A stretch of DNA of 64,000 nt from a bacterium. GTDB lineage: Bacteria > Auribacterota > UBA3054 > JAPLST01. The notes under the pieces are model-generated. The model searched no databases. It worked only from the letters and a program-made list of their open reading frames with translations, and was not told the DNA's origin. The stretch lies in the NCBI GenBank assembly GCA_026417575.1, contig JAOACZ010000128.1, forward strand, positions 5,127 through 69,126, read 5' to 3'. The translations under genes and the position numbers were made by a program. Positions 60,070 to 64,000 of the stretch are shown here, piece by piece (positions within the stretch are counted from its first letter, which is position 1; the number at the start of each line of letters is the position of its first letter).

Positions 60070-60843
60070 TTACCGTGGGGGGCGGGGTGTGCCGCCGGGG
60101 AGTGTTGGGTCAGCCACGCTAGCTGCTGGTGGCGGAGGGGCAAGGGATGGAGCGCTGCGTACACGTGCATCTGTAGTGCCCACCGTGACGGGGGCTGTGC
60201 CCGGCTGAACAATTTTGCGTGGGGTAGCTGGGCCAACGGGTTCGTCGCTGGTGTGAAGTGTAGGCGGCTGGAGCGTTTCGTGATAGAACCAATCGCCTTG
60301 CCACACGAAGTCAGGGTAACCGCGCGCCAACCGTATGTCGCCGAAGTAACCCAGAGTCACTATGTCGGCCACACCCGCCGACATTCGGCTCATACCGCCG
60401 CCGAGGCCAGCTAGCCATGACGTGCCCAGTGCTTCATACCATGGGCGCTGGCTAGAGAATTCATACGTGAAGCCGCGCACAAGCTCGCCGGGCCAGAGGG
60501 TGAGGTTGGCAAACCCTCGCCAGAGACCGAAACCCATGACACGCCAGAGAGCAGTTGTGCGCATGGGAGGGGCGGTAAGTTCCTGGTAAGCGGATTCGCT
60601 GAGCAGATCGAGGTCCGGCACAGCCGCAGGTTGTGCGCCCGTAGGGCGAGCTTGCCCCAGCTCGGCGCGCGGAACCACAGGCGCGGCGAGCGGCAATCGC
60701 TCGGGAGCCGACGTTGGCGCACTCGCGCCAGCGCGCCCCACTACGCTTGTCGCCGGCTCCAATACCTGTGGTAACAGGACGTCGCCGTGTGCCAGCCATG
60801 CGGTGGCCACTACTGCTGCCCCAAGCCAACGGAGCGTCTTCAT
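60070..60843 (-). CDS. Secreted protein, paralog 4 of the W-x-E-[IL]-PR family (divergent), Pro-rich N- and C-extensions
   Basis: Start revised to MKTLRWLGAAVVATAWLAHG. Core LWRGFANLTLWPGELVRGFTYEF...AGVADIVTLGYFG...YPDFVWQGDW. Confidence 0.6.
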   Translation of the reverse strand: MKTLRWLGAAVVATAWLAHGDVLLPQVLEPATSVVGRAGASAPTSAPERLPLAAPVVPRAELGQARPTGAQPAAVPDLDLLSESAYQELTAPPMRTTALWRVMGFGLWRGFANLTLWPGELVRGFTYEFSSQRPWYEALGTSWLAGLGGGMSRMSAGVADIVTLGYFGDIRLARGYPDFVWQGDWFYHETLQPPTLHTSDEPVGPATPRKIVQPGTAPVTVGTTDARVRSAPSLAPPPPAASVADPTLPGGTPRPPR

Positions 60844-60890
60844 TGTTGTCTTCCCATCATGTCGTGAGTTCAGGGTGAGTCGCCACGCGC

Positions 60891-61469
60891 TTACTCGCGA
60901 AACGACCACCAGTATGCTTCCACGCGGCGCGCAAACACGGGTAAACTTTCGCGCACCGTCTGCTTACACTCCCAACGGGGTTTGGTTAACGACCACATTG
61001 AGTACTGACCATTTCCCTGCGGTGTCGTCACGAATTCCACGTACTCAGGGACGTCCACCTCAATCGCCAGTGCGCGCCATACGCCGTCATCCTCAACCAG
61101 GTGTACATACAGAGCGCCTTTGGTGATGTTGGGGGGCGGTGTCTCACGCACGCACACAAATGGTACCACTGCAAGCATGCCATTCGTGGCTGCGTAGAGA
61201 TTCTGCACTTCCCAGCGCAAGCTCAACACGCTGTAGCGTAAGAGCTGAGTACAACCCGGGAAGTTTGTCAACGCCGCTCGCAAGCTGGGCATACAGTACA
61301 TGCCTGCACGGCGCATATCCCCGCGAGCCACCGCTCGCAACAACCCATTCACAGCCTCTTCCGGCGCTACCTCGCATCCTGCCACGAGCCCAGCTGTAGC
61401 TGCCACTAACGCCAGCACGCATGTGTGCCGTGCGAGCGCCCGACCGCCAGGCTTCGTGTGGCATTTCAT
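60891..61469 (-). CDS. Hypothetical lipoprotein
   Basis: Start revised to MKCHTKPGGRALARHTCVLALVAATAGLVAGC (lipobox). No recognised catalytic motif. Confidence 0.55.
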   Translation of the reverse strand: MKCHTKPGGRALARHTCVLALVAATAGLVAGCEVAPEEAVNGLLRAVARGDMRRAGMYCMPSLRAALTNFPGCTQLLRYSVLSLRWEVQNLYAATNGMLAVVPFVCVRETPPPNITKGALYVHLVEDDGVWRALAIEVDVPEYVEFVTTPQGNGQYSMWSLTKPRWECKQTVRESLPVFARRVEAYWWSFRE

Positions 61470-61479
61470 ACTGCCAGTG

Positions 61480-61508
61480 ATTATAACAAATGCCACGTGA
61501 ATCGGCAA
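61480..61508 (-). promoter_or_regulatory. sigma70-type promoter placed for a near-leaderless lipoprotein transcript
   Basis: Minus strand reads TTGCCG-17 nt-TATAAT-cactggcagt-ATG, only 10 nt between the -10 and the start codon. Confidence 0.5.
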
Positions 61509-61695
61509 GGGCTCGTGATAGCTTGTTAGTAATCTCACTAAAAGAGGCGCAAGCGGATCCCAACAGTCTAGCGAAAAAGAGCCCCGATGAGACAGAACTC
61601 ACAAATTAATTAGAGATGCAACACACTTGGACGAAGCGACGCGCGACAAGGCTCTACATCGGACCAGAGACCGGTATCACCGCTGCAGTTAAGAG

Positions 61696-62352
61696 TTATC
61701 TCTGATGTCGCACAATTCGTCCTTCGATCATGTAAATCAAGTCTTCCGCAATATTGGTCGCGTGGTCGGCAATGCGCTCGAGATGACGCGGAATCATAAC
61801 CAGTTCAATTAAGCCATCGAGCTGCTCTGGTTCGCGCTGAATCATAGCCTTCACGTGATCGTACATTTCACGGCACTGTTTGTCCACCATCGCATCTTCT
61901 TCGCACACACCGCGCGCCGTCGTCGCATCAAAGTTAACCAGCGCATCGAGGCACGCACGCACCATGCGCCGCACACGCTCGGCAATTGTCGAGAACTCGC
62001 GGGGGATCGCACGCGCCGGCAACAGCTCCGTCACGCGCGCCCCGCGCTTGGCAATATGCACGGCAATATCGCCCAGCCGCTCTAAGTCCCCATCCATCTT
62101 CAACACGGCTACGATAAAGCGGAGATCAATTGCCACCGGCTGGTGCAAGGCTAAAATTTTTAAACATTCCTCCTCTACTTCGACTTCCATTTCGTCAATT
62201 ACATTGTCTTGCTCAATCACTTGATTAGCCAACTTGACATCGCGCGTAAGGATCGAGGTCATGGCTCGTTCGAGTTGTTCTTCGACCAGCGCTCCCAAGC
62301 GCAAGATGCGCTTTTTCAAAATATTGATTTCACGTTCCAAATGTAATGACAT
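61696..62352 (-). CDS. phoU: Phosphate transport system regulator PhoU
   Basis: Start revised to MSLHLEREINILKKRILRLG. Two PhoU repeats (DNVIDEMEVEVEEECLKILA; ERIADHATNIAEDLIYM). Confidence 0.85.
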   Translation of the reverse strand: MSLHLEREINILKKRILRLGALVEEQLERAMTSILTRDVKLANQVIEQDNVIDEMEVEVEEECLKILALHQPVAIDLRFIVAVLKMDGDLERLGDIAVHIAKRGARVTELLPARAIPREFSTIAERVRRMVRACLDALVNFDATTARGVCEEDAMVDKQCREMYDHVKAMIQREPEQLDGLIELVMIPRHLERIADHATNIAEDLIYMIEGRIVRHQR

Positions 62353-62380
62353 AGCAAGGCTCCGAGGTGTGACACATAGC

Positions 62381-63160
62381 TTAGCCGAAGCGGCCGGTGA
62401 TGTAGTCTTCCGTCTGCTTTGAGCGCGGACGCGAGAACAGTTCCGTCGTCGCCCCATACTCAATCAAATCGCCTTCATAAAAAAACGCCGTGTAATCAGA
62501 CACGCGCGCGGCCTGCTGCATATTATGGGTGACAATGATAATTGTGTAGCTCCCACGCAACTCGCCGATCAGATCTTCAATGCGCGTAGTCGCGCGGGGA
62601 TCGAGAGCAGACGTGGGCTCGTCCATCAGCAGAATTTCCGGGTCCACGGCCAACGCGCGCGCTATGCACAGCCGTTGCTGCTGACCACCGGAGAGACGTA
62701 AGGCATTTTCGTGCAGGCGATCTTTAACCTCGTCCCAAAGAGCAGCGCGCACCAAGCTGCGTTCAACGATTTCCGCAAGCTCATTCCGCCGCGTGCAGCC
62801 ACGCAGGCGAGGGCCATATGCCACATTGTCGAAAATGCTCTTCGGAAACGGGTTGGGCTTTTGGAAGACCATACCAATGCGCTGGCGCAAGGCGACGACA
62901 TCCACTTGCGGATCATAAATGTGCCACCCATCAAACAGTAACCGCCCGGCGGTGCGGCACGCGGGGATAAGGTCGTTCATCCGATTGATCGCGCGTAGAA
63001 ACGTGCTTTTCCCACACCCGCTCGGCCCGATAATCGCTGTGACATTCCCACGCGAAATATCTAACGTTACTTTGCGCACGGCCTCCATCGCCCCGTAAAA
63101 CACCGAGAAATTCTCGGCACGTACGTGCGGAGTATCAGAAGCAGTCAACACGTCACTCAT
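62381..63160 (-). CDS. pstB: Phosphate ABC transporter ATP-binding protein
   Basis: [30 protein letters not shown], and the PstB-typical C-terminus [10 protein letters not shown]. Confidence 0.9.
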   Translation of the reverse strand: MSDVLTASDTPHVRAENFSVFYGAMEAVRKVTLDISRGNVTAIIGPSGCGKSTFLRAINRMNDLIPACRTAGRLLFDGWHIYDPQVDVVALRQRIGMVFQKPNPFPKSIFDNVAYGPRLRGCTRRNELAEIVERSLVRAALWDEVKDRLHENALRLSGGQQQRLCIARALAVDPEILLMDEPTSALDPRATTRIEDLIGELRGSYTIIIVTHNMQQAARVSDYTAFFYEGDLIEYGATTELFSRPRSKQTEDYITGRFG

Positions 63161-63163
63161 ACC

Positions 63164-64000
63164 TTATCCCTTAAGTTTTCGTGCGATGCGTGCCCGCAAC
63201 ATGATTGCTGTCAAATTTAATAATAATACCAGTCCCACCAGTACACATACCATGCCGAATTGCACATGCCGAATTTCATCTACAGCTTCATGTTCCGTGG
63301 ACACATTATAAATGTTCCACGACAGCGCCGGAGTAGGGTGATTGAACACTTCCCACAACTTGAGAGGTACGCCAACACTCACTGCCGCAGTGAAGATAAT
63401 CGGTGCAGTCTCACCAGCGGCACGCCCCATACTGATCACAATTCCGGTAAGAATACCCGGCAGGGCGGCAGGAAGAACGACCGTACACACCGTGCGCCAC
63501 GTACTCGCCCCCAGCGACAAGGCCGCCTCGCGGTAGGTGTGGGGTACCGCGCGAATGGCTTCCTCAGACGCCCGAATTACGGTCGGTAGCACCAACAACG
63601 CGAGTGTAAGCGAGCCCGCCAACACGCTTTTCGAGTGTGATACGTGGAGGGTGTTAATAAAAAACGCCAGCCCAAACAACCCAAATACGATACTTGGCAC
63701 GCCGGCCAGCGTGCTCATACATGAGCGCAGGAAGCGCACCGCCATGTTGTCTCCCGCGTACTCAGCTAGGTAAATGGCTGTCAGCACACCAAGAGGAATA
63801 GCAATCAGCATGGCTCCCACAGTCAGGTAAAACGTCCCCAACAGTTCCGGCATGATGCCGCCGAAGAAGTGGGCATCGCGCGAATCATCTGTAAGAAAGC
63901 CCCAGTACAGTGTGAGGCGCGGACGGAGCATCGCCGACAGATGTGTTTCCACGTACGGGAAAAGCGCAGTGACGCCTAGTCCAGTAAATGCCTCTGCGCG
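63164..64000 (-). CDS. pstA: Phosphate ABC transporter permease PstA (5' end beyond window)
   Basis: The frame stays open upstream of the track start, which is a GTG. Codons 63953-64000 read RAEAFTGLGVTALFPY with no stop. EAA-loop region EAALSLGASTWRTV. Confidence 0.8.
   Translation of the reverse strand, partial: RAEAFTGLGVTALFPYVETHLSAMLRPRLTLYWGFLTDDSRDAHFFGGIMPELLGTFYLTVGAMLIAIPLGVLTAIYLAEYAGDNMAVRFLRSCMSTLAGVPSIVFGLFGLAFFINTLHVSHSKSVLAGSLTLALLVLPTVIRASEEAIRAVPHTYREAALSLGASTWRTVCTVVLPAALPGILTGIVISMGRAAGETAPIIFTAAVSVGVPLKLWEVFNHPTPALSWNIYNVSTEHEAVDEIRHVQFGMVCVLVGLVLLLNLTAIMLRARIARKLKG

Overview
High-GC bacterial chromosome segment with no rRNA, CRISPR array, transposase or prophage. The gene content looks PVC-like (Verrucomicrobia/Planctomycetes-type), an inference from the sulfatase, PEP-CTERM-like tails, a TIGR04073-like family and a small basic protein. 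Left to right: potBA; tRNA-Ser and tRNA-Lys; a gene-free 0.85 kb stretch holding a promoter-to-terminator unit that folds well (candidate sRNA); xerD; two adjacent decayed genes (PfkB kinase and URO-D family); a 1087-aa GH94-like protein; a translationally coupled MBL hydrolase/FeS-BCP photolyase pair; a seven-gene uncharacterised sugar operon; an M14 carboxypeptidase; pcrA; DUF362; a run of secreted hydrolases (M28, C10, beta-helix protein, M20, sulfatase); lpxA; gltBD; a long minus-strand envelope block (secreted helical protein, DUF3857/transglutaminase/DUF3858 giant, AsmA-like giant, DsbD, FmdB zinc ribbon, monothiol Trx-like lipoprotein); M29 aminopeptidase; an unlisted 50-aa small basic protein; tpiA; a secreted SNase-ComEA fusion; icd; ahcY; phoU-pstB-pstA. 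The best candidates for something undescribed are: (1) four paralogous small secreted proteins sharing an RG-x-N...W-x-E-[IL]-PR / GV-x-D / P-[DE]-[FY]-x-W core with very different tails, one Cys/Pro-rich copy lying next to a DsbD/Trx redox module; (2) a 590-bp intergenic region carrying 4-5 copies of a dyad-symmetric AAAAATGTCGTTTG motif inside the envelope block; (3) the candidate about 160-nt sRNA with a CCCUCCUCC loop; (4) the orphan sugar operon. All calls are by eye from the sequence and ORF track. No database search was run.
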